Part shown: positions 1 through 8,583 of the stretch, piece after piece
Position numbering within the stretch: the stretch's first letter is position 1
Layout: every line of letters starts with the position of its first letter
Assembly (NCBI GenBank): GCA_963787835.1
Contig: CAWBEI010000007.1
Location: forward strand, 1-64,000
DNA length: 64,000 bases
Direction of reading: 5' to 3'
From: Ignavibacteriota bacterium
GTDB lineage: Bacteria; Bacteroidota; Ignavibacteria; Palsa-1295
Program-made: the position numbers and the translations under genes
Notes under the pieces: model-generated
Databases searched by the model: none
What the model was told of the DNA's origin: nothing
What the model saw: the letters and a program-made list of their open reading frames with translations, nothing else

Positions 1-1
1 C

Positions 2-28
2 GGGCCAATCACCATCACAGGGCTGTAA
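2..28 (+). CDS. 3' end of an upstream (probably phage) gene, truncated by the window start
   Basis: Frame 2 reads GPITITGL-TAA, 6 nt before the next ATG. Confidence 0.4.
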   Translation, partial: GPITITGL

Positions 29-34
29 CGATCG

Positions 35-292
35 ATGCTTTCAGGAACCCACACCTTCACCGTGCTTGCAACGAACACCTATGGCGTTGCACAGGTCAGC
101 GTGCAAGTCGATGGCGTATTGATGGATACGCAGGTCGCCGCGCGCGCTGGCGGCCTGTGGACCTTCTCGATCGATACCACGAAATATTCCGGCACGATCG
201 CAAGCCCTGGCACGCACACCGTCACCGCGATCGCATACGATCTCGCCGGTAACACCTTCACTACCACGCACACGATCGTTATCGCGAATTAA
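35..292 (+). CDS. Small stand-alone Ig-like (Big-type) domain protein, phage tail accessory-like
   Basis: Thr/Val-rich beta strands and a GTHTVTAIAYDLAGN motif typical of bacterial Ig domains; lies next to the tape measure gene. Confidence 0.7.
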   Translation: MLSGTHTFTVLATNTYGVAQVSVQVDGVLMDTQVAARAGGLWTFSIDTTKYSGTIASPGTHTVTAIAYDLAGNTFTTTHTIVIAN

Positions 293-360
293 CGATCGCA
301 CATCTCACTCACCTCATAGCTCCGCAGATCTACTTCACCTGATAGCAAAGCACATCTAAT

Positions 361-3300
361 ATGGCAATCGAAGTAATGGCGAAATTATCGGTGGACGCAT
401 CCGGAGCGGATGCGGCCATTGATTCCATTGCCAAAAAAGAAAAAGAGCTTGAGAATGCGAAGGCCAAGATCGCCGTCGATACGACGGAAGCAGAGTCGAA
501 ACTCGAGGGTCTGAAGGAAAAAGCCAAGGATGCGCTCGGTGGATTGGGCGCGGGAATCGCAGTCGGCGCTGGCCTTGCGGGTATCGATCAGATGATCGAT
601 AAATACAAAGAGCTTGCGAAATCGAACTCGGATCTCAAGATCGCGATCGCGGGAACCGGACAATCGCAAGAGGCACAGCAGGAGATCTTCAAGCAATCGC
701 AGGAAGAAGTCGATACACTCTCGCAGAAGTACCATGTTCACGAGGAAGCCGTGCGATCGGTCGAGACGGCCATCGTCGGCATCGGCGGCGTAACCGGCGC
801 GGCAAAGGGTAAGCTGACGGAGATCGGCCTTGCATTCGAGCAGCTCAACATTCCCGCGAAGGCACTCAAGGGTGTGATCGCCGGTGCGAATGATCCTGAT
901 TCGCAGCAGGCGCTCGATGCGCTGCAAAAGAAGATCGGCAATTTGGGTCCCGCGTTCACGAATGCGACAACGCCGGCTGAAAAGATGGACGCGCTCTACA
1001 AGCGATTGCAGGGTACGTTGGGCGGTATGGCCAACTTGGATCCGCAGCTCGCCGCGATGGAGCAGTTCGATGAGACGACGAAGAAAATGGAAGCATCGGG
1101 CGGCCAGCTCATCGTCGGGTTCCTATCGCCAGTACTTCCGATCCTAACGGGGCTTGCCGGTGTGATGACAAGCGATGTGGTACCAGCACTCGGATCAGTT
1201 TCTGATTTCATCGATAAGAATAAAGTTGCAGTAGGAATTCTTGTTGCTGGTATTGGTGCGCTCACGATCGCGATGAATGTTGGCGCGATTGCGTCTAAGG
1301 CCAAGGCCGTTGCCGATGGCATCGGCACTGCCGTAACTGATGGCATGACAATTGCTCAGAAGGCATACAACATCGCTCTGAAGGATAATCCTATCGGTTG
1401 GGTTGTCACGGCAGTTGTTCTCCTTGGTACAGCGGTGGCGGCGCTCTATGGGCATTTCGATCCCGTCACAAAGGCGGTCGATGGCTTCTGGGCTATTTTG
1501 AAAGGCACTGCTTCGTTCATCGGCGCATTCGTTTCGACGGAAATTGCATCGCTCATCAAAGCATTCCAGGGCGTGGGATCGGTTCTTCATGGCATCGTTA
1601 CGCTGAACTTCGATGAAGTGAAGAAGGGCGTCACGGATGTAGGATCGGCCGTTGGATCGTACGCGACGGCTGGCGTTGCCGGTGTGGGCGCATTCAAGAA
1701 ATCGATCGATGATTCCGCAAAATCGCTCGCCGATCAAAAGGGCAAAGCGAAGGAAGCAGGCGATGCCGGTGTCGATGCAGCGCAGGCCGCAGCGCAAGCG
1801 CAGGCCGATTATCAGAAGGCGATCGAAGATGCCAACAACGCATTCGATGCTCAGACGAAATTTGCAAAGGCCGCGCTCGATGATGCCAAAACGACCTACG
1901 AGCGTCAGGCGGAATACGTCTCGACCGGTTACGCCAATGGCCAGAAATTGAGCGATGCACAGATCGCCGCGTATGCTGCTGCGAATGTAAAGCTGAAAGC
2001 TCAGGCCAAGGACACCCAGGATGAACTGAAGCGCATTGCCAAGGAAGGTCAGGAGTTCGATGGTACCGAACCGAAAAAGAAAAAGGGTAACGAAAACCTG
2101 CTCGCCGAAGCGAAGACACTTGCCGAAGAAAAGGCCAAGGAGCTTGAGACCACGCTGAAATTGCAAGCTGCGGAGCGTGGCGTTGCATATTCATCCAGCG
2201 ATGAGTTAGCGGTCGAGAAAGAGAAGATCGCGGTGTTCAATGGCCAGGTCGATAAGCTGAAGCTGATGACGGCCGAAAAGGGTAAATACAAAGAGAAGAC
2301 CACGCAGGAACAGAACGTCAATACCACGCAGGAATTGACGCTCGAAGCCAAGGTCCATATCGATGCCGAAAAGGTAAAAGAGGAGTTCAACAAATCGGTG
2401 TCCGATCTGACCAAGAAGAAGATCGAGATCGGAGTACTCCCGAAGGATGAAGGCTTGAAGCTCATCGATGGCGAGATCGATGAGATCAAGCAGAAGCTCG
2501 TAGTGCTGAAGGCAAATCAGATCGTCAATCCGAACGATCTTACCATTGCATCCAAGCTGAACGAGACGGAAGCGCAACTGATCGATCTGGAAAAGCAACG
2601 CCACGATCTGGGCATCCAGCTCGATACCGATCTTGCCAAGGCGAAGATCGCGAACATGAAGGATGGCACCGCGAAGACCATCGCGGAGCTAACATTGCAG
2701 TTCGAAACGGACACGCAATTTGCCCGCGATGCCGCAGCGCAAGGCGTTCAACTGACGGAAACACAGCTCCTTCAAAAATCTGCGCTTGAGGCGAAATATT
2801 ATGCCGATCTCGCCAAGCTTCAGCAGAAAAATGAGACCGACGAACTGAAGCTTGAGACGATCGGCGTCAATTCCGCGATCGCATTATTGCAGACCGAGCT
2901 TAATGCCAAGCAGAAGTTCGATGAGTTGGCCTACGAGTCGAAAAAACTCTCACTCGATAAGGAGCAGACTGCCAATTTGGCGGCCTATCAAAAGGGCACG
3001 ATCTCCGCGCAGGAATACAACCTGAAGATCGCGCAACTGACGCAGCAACGCACCGATCTTGAGACGCAGAAGGTGCAAGCGCGCTGGGCGAACGAGGAGA
3101 AGCTCGCGGAGCAGGGTTACAAGGCGATTTCCGACGATCTGACGAAATATATCCAGGCCGAGATCCAGGCAGAGGTGTTACGCGCGGCCGGCAACAAAGT
3201 TGGTGCCGATAGCGAAGAAGCGAAGGCCAATGCGACGATGTTAGGCTCCGTTGCCAACACCATCTCGGGTTTTACGGCAACTATCCCGATTATCGGGCCA

Positions 3301-3642
3301 GTACTCGGAATTGCCGCTGGAATCGCGCTCATGGAAGGATTTAAGGGCCTTGAGCATCTGCTTGGATTCGAAACAGGCGGTATCGGTGTTGTTGGCGAGA
3401 ACGGTCCCGAGATCATGGGACCCACGAAGGATTTCAGTCAGATGGCCACACAACTCGTTACGAGCACAGCGCGCGCAGTATCGCAATCGATGAATGGCCA
3501 GAATGGATCTTCGAGAGGCAGCAAGCACCAGTTCAACGTTCGAGTAACCGGCCAAACAAAGGCAGCCGGCCGCGACCTACAAACGGTATTCAATAACGAG
3601 GGACTGGCGCGCCAAAACGAGTCGTTACTGCACACCAATTAG
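361..3642 (+). CDS. Phage tail tape measure protein
   Basis: 1093 aa, Ala/Lys/Glu/Gly-rich and helical; hydrophobic NPIGWVVTAVVLLG segment; long coiled coil; C-terminal FETGGIGVVGENGPE motif. Confidence 0.88.
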   Translation: MAIEVMAKLSVDASGADAAIDSIAKKEKELENAKAKIAVDTTEAESKLEGLKEKAKDALGGLGAGIAVGAGLAGIDQMIDKYKELAKSNSDLKIAIAGTGQSQEAQQEIFKQSQEEVDTLSQKYHVHEEAVRSVETAIVGIGGVTGAAKGKLTEIGLAFEQLNIPAKALKGVIAGANDPDSQQALDALQKKIGNLGPAFTNATTPAEKMDALYKRLQGTLGGMANLDPQLAAMEQFDETTKKMEASGGQLIVGFLSPVLPILTGLAGVMTSDVVPALGSVSDFIDKNKVAVGILVAGIGALTIAMNVGAIASKAKAVADGIGTAVTDGMTIAQKAYNIALKDNPIGWVVTAVVLLGTAVAALYGHFDPVTKAVDGFWAILKGTASFIGAFVSTEIASLIKAFQGVGSVLHGIVTLNFDEVKKGVTDVGSAVGSYATAGVAGVGAFKKSIDDSAKSLADQKGKAKEAGDAGVDAAQAAAQAQADYQKAIEDANNAFDAQTKFAKAALDDAKTTYERQAEYVSTGYANGQKLSDAQIAAYAAANVKLKAQAKDTQDELKRIAKEGQEFDGTEPKKKKGNENLLAEAKTLAEEKAKELETTLKLQAAERGVAYSSSDELAVEKEKIAVFNGQVDKLKLMTAEKGKYKEKTTQEQNVNTTQELTLEAKVHIDAEKVKEEFNKSVSDLTKKKIEIGVLPKDEGLKLIDGEIDEIKQKLVVLKANQIVNPNDLTIASKLNETEAQLIDLEKQRHDLGIQLDTDLAKAKIANMKDGTAKTIAELTLQFETDTQFARDAAAQGVQLTETQLLQKSALEAKYYADLAKLQQKNETDELKLETIGVNSAIALLQTELNAKQKFDELAYESKKLSLDKEQTANLAAYQKGTISAQEYNLKIAQLTQQRTDLETQKVQARWANEEKLAEQGYKAISDDLTKYIQAEIQAEVLRAAGNKVGADSEEAKANATMLGSVANTISGFTATIPIIGPVLGIAAGIALMEGFKGLEHLLGFETGGIGVVGENGPEIMGPTKDFSQMATQLVTSTARAVSQSMNGQNGSSRGSKHQFNVRVTGQTKAAGRDLQTVFNNEGLARQNESLLHTN

Positions 3643-3761
3643 GGCAGTTATCCACACCGGTTACAAAAGAGAAAAAGTCGCCAAAAAGAGAAAACCGCTC
3701 CGAGGAGATTTATTGCAGAAACGGGTGCGAATATCTCAGAAAAGGACAGGGCTTCGAAAAT

Positions 3762-3930
3762 GTCGTATATTGAAAGTACTTTGATAGGCACCTATCTCAA
3801 TTACGAATTAAGAATGACGAATTACGAATGGAAAAAAGCGATGCATAAATTCATGAATAAAAGAGAGGCGTTCATTAAATGACAATTCAATTGAGAGTAA
3901 AAGGCACCAATTGCTATTGGACAGCTATCG
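3762..3930 (+). other. Bipartite conserved intergenic element, copy A
   Basis: GTCGTATATTG-N6-CTTTGATAGGCACCTATC and a downstream GGCACCAATTGCTATTGGACAGCTATCG block; both blocks recur at 62008-62286. Confidence 0.6.
3799..3830 (+). repeat. Degenerate heptamer tandem repeat (AATTACG-like)
   Basis: aattacg aattaag aatgacg aattacg; similar tracts near 12004-12098 and 45371-45396. Confidence 0.55.
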
Positions 3931-4041
3931 AAAATCGCTCAGAAATGATATAGTACATGAAACACAAATGCGTTGCGCGCTTTGAGCACCCTTTTTTCAT
4001 AGAAACAATTTGCATAACACTTGCATAAAAATTACACAACA

Positions 4042-4794
4042 ATGAAATATCGAGCAATACTATTTTTTTTCGTTCTATCGTCGCTTTCGGCTTCGAATGC
4101 ATTTGCCTGGGGCAGCGAGGGGCATGATGTTGTCGTAAAAATGGCGCTTCGCATGATGAAGCCCACGGAACGCAAGGCAGCGTATGCCTTGCTTGGCACG
4201 CACGATACGTATTTGATCGGGAATTGGGCGGATTCTGTTAAGAAATTGAATGGAACCTCTGATTGGAATTATGTCGATATACCCGAGCGAGATACGCGAT
4301 ATGACCCAGCGCGCGACTGTCCGAACAATAATTGCATTATCGCGAAACTCGATATGGTACAGGCGGAGATACGGAATCATTCGTTAAATCGAAAGACGCG
4401 GCGCGAAGCGCTTTTATATTGGTTTCATCTTATCGGTGATCTTTACCAGCCGTTTCATTGCTACGGCGATAAACGCGGCGCGAACGATATAACCGTTTAT
4501 TTCAAAGGTGAGGAAACGAACCTTCATAAGCTTTGGGATGTCAATATCATTGAATATAAGAACCCATCGCATTGGAAGCTGGCCTCGGATATTTACAATG
4601 GCTCCCACCGGACTCCTGCTCCTACAACAACGTTTATCGAAGCGGCAGAGCAAAGTCACGCGCGGGCTGTTAGTATGAAGCTAAAGAACAATTCTGATGT
4701 TACAGGAGAGTATGTAGCGCGCTCGTGGGCGATGATCCAAACCTGTCTTTGGGAAGCCGCTTGTATGGCCGCGACCATCGGGCCGGACGTATAA
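4042..4794 (+). CDS. Secreted S1/P1 nuclease family protein
   Basis: Signal peptide followed by WGSEGH, WAD, HLIGDLYQPFH and NLHKLWD Zn-ligand motifs; start taken at the ATG at 4042. Confidence 0.88.
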   Translation: MKYRAILFFFVLSSLSASNAFAWGSEGHDVVVKMALRMMKPTERKAAYALLGTHDTYLIGNWADSVKKLNGTSDWNYVDIPERDTRYDPARDCPNNNCIIAKLDMVQAEIRNHSLNRKTRREALLYWFHLIGDLYQPFHCYGDKRGANDITVYFKGEETNLHKLWDVNIIEYKNPSHWKLASDIYNGSHRTPAPTTTFIEAAEQSHARAVSMKLKNNSDVTGEYVARSWAMIQTCLWEAACMAATIGPDV

Positions 4795-4800
4795 TTAACT

Positions 4801-5181
4801 ATGCCACACATCTTTCATTTTATTAACCGAACGGACCTCGATCAACATCTGAATGCGGACTCCCTTGAGGTGCCATCGCTGGAGACGAGCGGGTTTATTC
4901 ATTGCTCCACATTGGAGCAGGTGATCTCTGTTGCGAACTACATCGCGCCTTACGATGAGGAAATGCGATTGATCGAGATAGACCCGGATAGGCTCCAGTC
5001 GGAAGTCCGTTATAAAAATACGGACGGCGGAGATGAATTATTCCCTCATATTTATGGGCCGGTCAATCGGGGTGCGATCGTTGGTATCCATCGGTTAGAG
5101 TGGGATGGCGAAGAGGGGTACCAGTTGCCGGAAGGTCTGATGGAAGCATCGATAGTCGATAATCGAAACGATTTGGCATAG
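4801..5181 (+). CDS. DUF952 family protein
   Basis: SLETSGFIHCS and FPHIYGPVN motifs. Confidence 0.88.
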   Translation: MPHIFHFINRTDLDQHLNADSLEVPSLETSGFIHCSTLEQVISVANYIAPYDEEMRLIEIDPDRLQSEVRYKNTDGGDELFPHIYGPVNRGAIVGIHRLEWDGEEGYQLPEGLMEASIVDNRNDLA

Positions 5182-5209
5182 ATGACGTTTAGCACTCGCC
5201 TTTACAAGA

Positions 5210-5277
5210 GTAGCCGTGACCTTTAGGTCACGGGTTGCAGTTCAAAGAACACACCGTGACCTCAAGGTCACGGCTAC
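5210..5277. repeat. GTAG-type REP doublet (REPIN)
   Basis: GTAGCCGTGACCTTTAGGTCACGG ... CCGTGACCTCAAGGTCACGGCTAC inverted pair; same family at 43178-43244. Confidence 0.8.
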
Positions 5278-5288
5278 GAGGCAAACAT

Positions 5289-5361
5289 CGGGGCGTGGCG
5301 CAGCTGGTAGCGCACCTGCTTTGGGAGCAGGGGGTCGCACGTTCGAATCGTGTCGCCCCGA
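5289..5361 (+). tRNA. tRNA-Pro(TGG)
   Basis: Acceptor stem CGGGGCG/CGCCCCG; anticodon arm CCTGC-TTTGGGA-GCAGG; GTTCGAATC T-loop; CCA not encoded. Confidence 0.96.
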
Positions 5362-5653
5362 CACATGGTCAAAGATGAGAGATGAAGTATGAATGAGGAA
5401 GCTTCTTAATGACCAAGAATTAAGCGTAGTATGCGCACATAAGTGATATGGTGGTGGTTATTCTTAGTGATATTCCACTGAACTTTCGAGAATCTTTGGG
5501 ATGTTGCTTAGTTGCGGTTCATTTTCCATCTCGGCACAAGACTTGTTCGAAACTTGTAATAAATTATTACCGTACCATTAAGAACACACTTTCCTGTTAG
5601 CTGGCAGTTTGTCCAGGGAAGAACGACCATTGCGATCAGTTATCCTCGTCATC

Positions 5654-7282
5654 ATGCAAAAAATATTTTATAGCCCTCGCCGCCTTGCCATTTCCGGGGT
5701 GGTTCTTGTCGTAGTCAGCGTACTCCTTGGATCACGTATCGAACGAGCGTTCAGCGATGACAGCCCAATGGAGCTGGTTGAGAAATATGCCGACGTCATG
5801 AAGATGGTTAACCAAAAATATGTCGATACGGTCAATCTTTCGGAATTAAACGATGCAGCGATCGTCGGTATGCTTGGCAAGCTTGATCCACATAGCGTCT
5901 ATATGCCGCCAAAAACGGTAGATGAACAGGGCGAACAATTCGAGGCAAAATTCGATGGTATCGGCGTAACGTTTACGCTAATTCATGATACGATCACGGT
6001 AGATTCTCCCATTCCAGGTGGCCCGAGCGACCAGCTTGGTATTCGTGCCGGAGATAAGATCGTCACTATCGAAGGGAAGTCCGCGGTGAAGCTGAAAGAG
6101 GATGATGTCAAGAAGGCACTTCGCGGTCCAAAGGGAACAAAGGTCACTGTTGGCATCGAACGCTATGGCGAACCGCAACTCATCGATTATACGATCACCC
6201 GCGATGTGATCCCGATCGTCAGCGTCATGGCTCATTTTATGGTCGATCCAACGACAGGCTATGTGAATGTTGGCCGATTTGCCGCAACCACCTACGACGA
6301 GCTTATGGATGCCATGAAAGACTTGAGCGCCAAAGGTATGAAGCGTCTTGTGCTGGACTTACGCGATAATCCTGGAGGATATCTTGAACAGGCAGTGAAG
6401 ATCGCCGATGAATTTATCGGTGGCTATAAAACGATCGTCTATACCAAGAGCCGTCACACGAATTTCGATGAAGTTCTCACGTCACATCCTGGCGATGAGT
6501 ACGAGAAGACGCCGCTGGTGGTGCTGGTCGATAATGGTTCTGCCAGTGCGAGCGAGATCGTATCCGGGGCTTTCCAGGATCTGGATCGCGCGCTGGTTGT
6601 TGGACAGACCACCTTTGGCAAGGGGCTTGTGCAGCAGCAGTATTCGCTCCCCGATGGAAGTGCGATCCGGTTGACAATCTCACGTTATTATACACCAAGC
6701 GGCCGGTCGATCCAGAAACCGTACGAGGATGGGAAGTATGTTAAGAATACGACAGCGTTGGCTGCCCAATCCGAAGAGGATGAAGATAACTATTCGCACT
6801 CGTTCGATCTAAGTTCAGCTGACACTTCCCGCCCGAAGTTCAAGACGGCTTCAGGCCGCACGATTTACGGCGGTGGTGGAATCACACCGGATTTCCTTGT
6901 TCGTAACGATACAACTCAGCGCACCACCAGAAGGATCTGGGCAGCTGGTGTTCTGAATAATTTTTCGGAAGCCTATGTGGAGCATCACATCGCCGACATC
7001 AAGGCGAAGGGCAATGCCGATTATTATGTCAAGAATTTCAAGATCACCGATGCGATGTTCGATGATATTCTCAGCCGAGCGAAGGATAAAAAGGTCGATG
7101 TCAACATGAAGGAATTTAATATCGACAAACCCTGGCTTTCGGTGCTGCTACGCTCCATGATCGGCCGCCAGATATTTGGGAATGATGTTTATTACCGTGT
7201 TATTCTCGAAGACGATCGCCAATACCAGAAAGCCTATAGCGTGCTTGACGAAGCAACACGGCTCGCCGCAGATTTTAAATAA
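5654..7282 (+). CDS. S41 family C-terminal processing protease with PDZ domain
   Basis: LDPHS, DLRDNPGG, SASASEI, GQTTFGKG and YYTPSGRSIQ motifs; N-terminal TM segment. Confidence 0.93.
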   Translation: MQKIFYSPRRLAISGVVLVVVSVLLGSRIERAFSDDSPMELVEKYADVMKMVNQKYVDTVNLSELNDAAIVGMLGKLDPHSVYMPPKTVDEQGEQFEAKFDGIGVTFTLIHDTITVDSPIPGGPSDQLGIRAGDKIVTIEGKSAVKLKEDDVKKALRGPKGTKVTVGIERYGEPQLIDYTITRDVIPIVSVMAHFMVDPTTGYVNVGRFAATTYDELMDAMKDLSAKGMKRLVLDLRDNPGGYLEQAVKIADEFIGGYKTIVYTKSRHTNFDEVLTSHPGDEYEKTPLVVLVDNGSASASEIVSGAFQDLDRALVVGQTTFGKGLVQQQYSLPDGSAIRLTISRYYTPSGRSIQKPYEDGKYVKNTTALAAQSEEDEDNYSHSFDLSSADTSRPKFKTASGRTIYGGGGITPDFLVRNDTTQRTTRRIWAAGVLNNFSEAYVEHHIADIKAKGNADYYVKNFKITDAMFDDILSRAKDKKVDVNMKEFNIDKPWLSVLLRSMIGRQIFGNDVYYRVILEDDRQYQKAYSVLDEATRLAADFK

Positions 7283-7298
7283 AATAGTTACTTGATCG

Positions 7299-7332
7299 AA
7301 AAAGTAGCGCATCGAACGAATGCGCTACTTTT
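7299..7332. terminator. Bidirectional intrinsic terminator
   Basis: AAAAAGTAGCGCAT-loop-ATGCGCTACTTTT hairpin between convergent genes. Confidence 0.8.
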
Positions 7333-7837
7333 ATTTTAAGGGCGGAAGATAATGAAGATCGGTGATCTTGGGGGCATTTTTGTCGTCGGCGTCGTCGAGC
7401 TTCATGGGATGCGGGGCAGAGTCGAGAGCAGGTTTGGCCGGGGTAGTCTTTGTAACGATCTTTGTTGACTGGCTCACCGAAGTTATCTTCGGAGTGTTTT
7501 GCATCCCATAGACTGGTGATGCCGGAGGAGCATCAGTTGCACCTTTTGAGGTGGGAGCGATAGCTGGTGCGGGCTGTGCCACAATCGTTGTAGAATGCCA
7601 GTTGGGAATGATATAGAGCGCCGTCCCAAGGATCGCTGCTGCACCGGCATAGAGTGCGATCTTTGCGGTAACTGAACTTAAAATGCCCCGCGTTGCAGGT
7701 GTAAGTGCAAGTTTGGAAGTGAGCCGAGCGCTGGGTTCAGCGGCATAACGCATGCGGGTTTGTTCGGCATCCCGAGCAAGGGTTCGCTCGATAAGTTCAT
7801 CCAGCGAATCCGGGTTTTGATCGATTCTATGATTCAT
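7331..7837 (-). CDS. Putative anti-sigma factor (one TM segment, Pro/Thr-rich tail)
   Basis: ATG at 7837 overlaps the sigma factor stop codon (ATGA); one TM helix IALYAGAAAILGTALYII. Confidence 0.6.
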   Translation of the reverse strand: MNHRIDQNPDSLDELIERTLARDAEQTRMRYAAEPSARLTSKLALTPATRGILSSVTAKIALYAGAAAILGTALYIIPNWHSTTIVAQPAPAIAPTSKGATDAPPASPVYGMQNTPKITSVSQSTKIVTKTTPAKPALDSAPHPMKLDDADDKNAPKITDLHYLPPLK

Positions 7838-8451
7838 ACTTTTGCCTCGATTTTTTCGGTGGTGTTTGCGGAGGATTTGTTCATGGGTGGGAGTGCGATG
7901 CCAGTTCGTTTTGCCTCTTCGATCACAATAGTTCTTAGCTTCATCCGTGCACGCGAAGCTTGCTTCCATATCGCATCGGTCGATTTTCCAACCATCTCAC
8001 CGATCTCGCCAAAACTATATCCGCTATAGATATTTAGGACCAGCAGTTCACGGTCGTCGGGTGGAAGCTGTTCGAGCGCATCGATCACGATCGTCTCGAT
8101 GTCGGAGCCATGTGAATCGTGCATAGTGGTTTCCGGCATCTCTGCTTCATCGATAGAAACGGCGGTTCCCAACAGCGCCTGGCTACCACGATAATGATCG
8201 ATCGTGAGGTTCTTCAGCATTCGGAATAGGAACGCCGATGGATTTACGACCTCCAGCTTTCGTTTTCTGCCAGCCGGACTGCGCATCGCGATCACCCGCT
8301 CCCAAAGTTCCTGCATGAGATCTTCGGCATTATCGCGCGATAGTTTATGGCAATAGGCCGAAAGCCGAGGATTCAGATAGCGGTATAGCTCCGCAAAGGC
8401 CGCATCGTTACCGGCCAAAAACGCTTCGAAAAGCCTGCTGTGATCTGTCAC
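7834..8451 (-). CDS. ECF RNA polymerase sigma-70 factor
   Basis: AFAELY and AEDLMQE (region 2); ALEQLP...GYSFGEIGEMVG (region 4); GTG start. Confidence 0.9.
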   Translation of the reverse strand: MTDHSRLFEAFLAGNDAAFAELYRYLNPRLSAYCHKLSRDNAEDLMQELWERVIAMRSPAGRKRKLEVVNPSAFLFRMLKNLTIDHYRGSQALLGTAVSIDEAEMPETTMHDSHGSDIETIVIDALEQLPPDDRELLVLNIYSGYSFGEIGEMVGKSTDAIWKQASRARMKLRTIVIEEAKRTGIALPPMNKSSANTTEKIEAKV

Positions 8452-8583
8452 CTGCGTATCAACTGTTCTGCCTCCATTAGAAATCCGATAGAAGACGTTG
8501 GAACCTGCGAAAACCTGACATGTCAGGATTTTGAAGATCCATCCGTCTTGTTCATGTCAATAACTTTTTCTGACGACGAATTT

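Larger units (their letters stand above)
1..3660 (+). mobile_element. Right edge of a prophage or phage-tail module
   Basis: Tape measure and Ig-like genes; abrupt change to AT-rich intergenic DNA and host-type genes after 3642; no att site identified. Confidence 0.6.

Noticed and set aside
1195-2166. Long antisense ORFs (323 aa here; also 19538-20368, 28250-29029 and 53740-54366)
   Set aside because: They are shadows of well-supported genes on the opposite strand and carry no motifs
3648-3656. Perfect DnaA box TTATCCACA just after the tape measure gene
   Set aside because: A single isolated box can occur by chance, and there is no cluster around it
5289-5361. tRNA-Pro as the prophage attachment site
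   Set aside because: The phage genes lie upstream of the tRNA 5' end, two host-like genes intervene, and no duplicated tRNA 3' fragment is visible
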